Below are positions 22,101 through 23,308 of a stretch of 23,308 bases of DNA, in pieces. This DNA is from Spongospora subterranea f. sp. subterranea (lineage: Eukaryota): NCBI GenBank assembly GCA_049724395.1, contig JAUGWO010000103.1:62001-85308 (forward strand), given 5' to 3'. Position 1 is the first letter of the stretch. Each line of letters starts with the position of its first letter. The position numbers and the translations under genes are program-made. The notes under the pieces are model-generated. The model had not been told where the DNA came from. It ran no database searches and saw nothing but the letters and a program-made list of their open reading frames with translations.

Positions 22101-22490
22101 GAGTAACCCACAATCTCGTCCCCAATGCCCTGCCTTCCCGCAGTTATAACACTTTCCTCTCCTCTTCGGTTTCTCGCGCTTCTTTTCTTCTGCACCAAAA
22201 GCTGTTTGAGGTTCCGGGATGGAACAGAGACTCAATCTCTGTTCTGCCGTCAACAGGCGCTTCATCAACTCTGCTTTTGTCCGACCACGCTGCGCATGCG
22301 GTTGATGTTCCGTAGACATGCTCGTACTGATTGGGACCTTGCTTTCGCTCGTGTCACTCGCCAGAAGGTCATGGAGCTGTTGTCCCCTTGTATGAGCTTG
22401 GAAAGCGAACTTAAACGAAGTCCAGTTTTCTTTATTTAATTTCTGCCCGGTTAAGGCCAACGCACGCCTCTGAACTGGGCCCATAACCTG
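19143..22490 (-). mobile_element. Degenerate Ty1/copia retrotransposon (gag-PR-IN-RT-RNase H), 3' end cut at element B's LTR
   Basis: Zinc knuckle 'CYNCGKAGHWGRDC'; PR 'WLIDSGASSHM'; GAG-pre-integrase 'HRSCGH...CTIC'; IN 'HSDLC', 'LRSDGGGEY' and 'PQQNGKAERMNRT'; RT 'KARYVARGFSQ', 'QMDVDTAFL', 'YGLKQAGR' and YVDD (19957-19946); RNase H 'STTEAEY', 'EDNQAAI' and 'KHKEVRYHY'. Multiple stops and frameshifts; gag appears internally deleted. Confidence 0.95.
22475..22488 (-). other. Primer-binding site of the copia element (half-tRNA-iMet type)
   Basis: The minus strand reads ...TCTCA|GGTTATGGGCCCAG: LTR-terminal CA (22490-22489) abutting the GGTTATGGGCCCAG known from Drosophila copia-type elements. 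The far boundary of the 5' LTR (beyond 22490) could not be fixed. Confidence 0.85.
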
Positions 22491-22724
22491 AGAAGAAGGT
22501 GGCAGTTCCGTTTGCTTGAGGTCGTGGTCGGCCATCAACGCGGGCCTTCTGAACTATATGAGAAGAGTTGATCAAATTAAGAAGTGAATTTGATTCAGGG
22601 ATGATTGCCAGATTGTACTTGCCCCCCCCCCCATCGTTGATCCCTCAATTGGTCACTGTAAGACAGTGGCTGGAAAGTCCGGCCGGACAGTCCTCCCCGT
22701 CGCCAAGGTCCGCCGAGCCATTAC

Positions 22725-22966
22725 TACGGAATCCGAGAAGGGCAAGAGCCAAGAGGCGGAAATTATGCGCAAAACGTTAGGACGAAAGATGATTATTACT
22801 GATCCAGTTCCTCAGCGTCCGACCGCTCACAATAATACTGCTTCAGGACGAGCATTCTATTATTGTGAGCGGTCGGACGCTGAGGAACTGAATCAGTAAT
22901 AATGATCTTTCTCGTCCAAACGGTTTTGCGCATAGATTTCCACCCCTCTTGCCCTTCTCGGATTCC
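22725..22966. repeat. Long fold-back inverted repeat (~110-bp arms, 20-nt loop); candidate non-autonomous DNA transposon
   Basis: Arms 22728-22837 and 22858-22966. The inner 33 bp are perfect (22805-22837 vs 22858-22890). The outer GGAATCCGAGAAGGGCAAGAG pairs with CTCTTGCCCTTCTCGGATTCC. Confidence 0.85.
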
Positions 22967-23058
22967 ATTACTTGAACGACGTTTAATCTGTCATGGGAAG
23001 CCCGCTACGGCATTACCTATAGGTTTTTTCTTACGTACTGTAAAATAGTTTTGTTGCT

Positions 23059-23296
23059 CACAAAAAACATTTTGCGCATAATTTCCGCCCCTTGCCCTTC
23101 TCGGATTCCATTTCAGAATGCAAGGGCGAGGACAACAGCGTCACCCGCGACTCTGGATATGGTGAGGGCGCACAGAGGACACACAACGCGATCGAACACA
23201 GATGGAGCCCTCAGTGGGCATGTTTGGCGATGCACTGTCCACACTCATATACCTGGTCGGGCAAGGGGCGGAAATTATGCGCAAAATGTTTTTGTG
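23059..23296. repeat. Second inverted pair of the same repeat family
   Basis: 23059-23097 and 23259-23296 are reverse complements with one indel in an A run. 23070-23112 is also a direct, slightly diverged copy of 22924-22969. Confidence 0.85.
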
Positions 23297-23308
23297 TGGG
23301 ACTCAGGT

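Noticed and set aside
15793..22439. Antisense and alternate-frame ORFs over the gypsy and copia elements (e.g. 18301-18645, 20468-20923)
   Set aside because: They are shadows of retroelement coding sequence with no independent motifs.
22568..22899. ORFs 22568-22780 and 22666-22899 as genes
   Set aside because: They are short, run through a poly-C tract or the fold-back repeat, and show no recognisable domain.
22725..23296. CRISPR-like array
   Set aside because: The repeats are inverted and irregularly spaced, in a eukaryotic context with no cas genes.

Overview
This is eukaryotic nuclear DNA from a compact-genome microbial eukaryote, with short GT-AG introns of about 47-212 nt and standard stop codons. 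The NDUFB8 sequence looks plant/SAR-like rather than fungal or animal (inference). The left ~10.5 kb is gene-bearing. It holds an intronless GT77-like glycosyltransferase, NDUFB8, TAF11, GNA1 and RPC17, all reconstructable by hand, plus a 261-bp solo LTR with a perfect 5-bp TSD and two unassigned or degraded reading frames. The right ~12.5 kb is a cluster of dead transposons. In order: a frameshifted IS3EU-like DDE transposase with a convergent Cys-rich ORF, a minus-strand Ty3/gypsy gag-protease fragment, a related plus-strand chromovirus pol with PPT and 3' LTR, the minus-strand Ty1/copia that this chromovirus interrupts, and a cluster of fold-back repeats at the right edge. I found no intact novel multi-gene system. 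The best leads are a conserved stem-loop in two dissimilar LTRs, the IS3EU-like element, and the terminal fold-back repeat family. All family calls come from motif recognition, not database searches.
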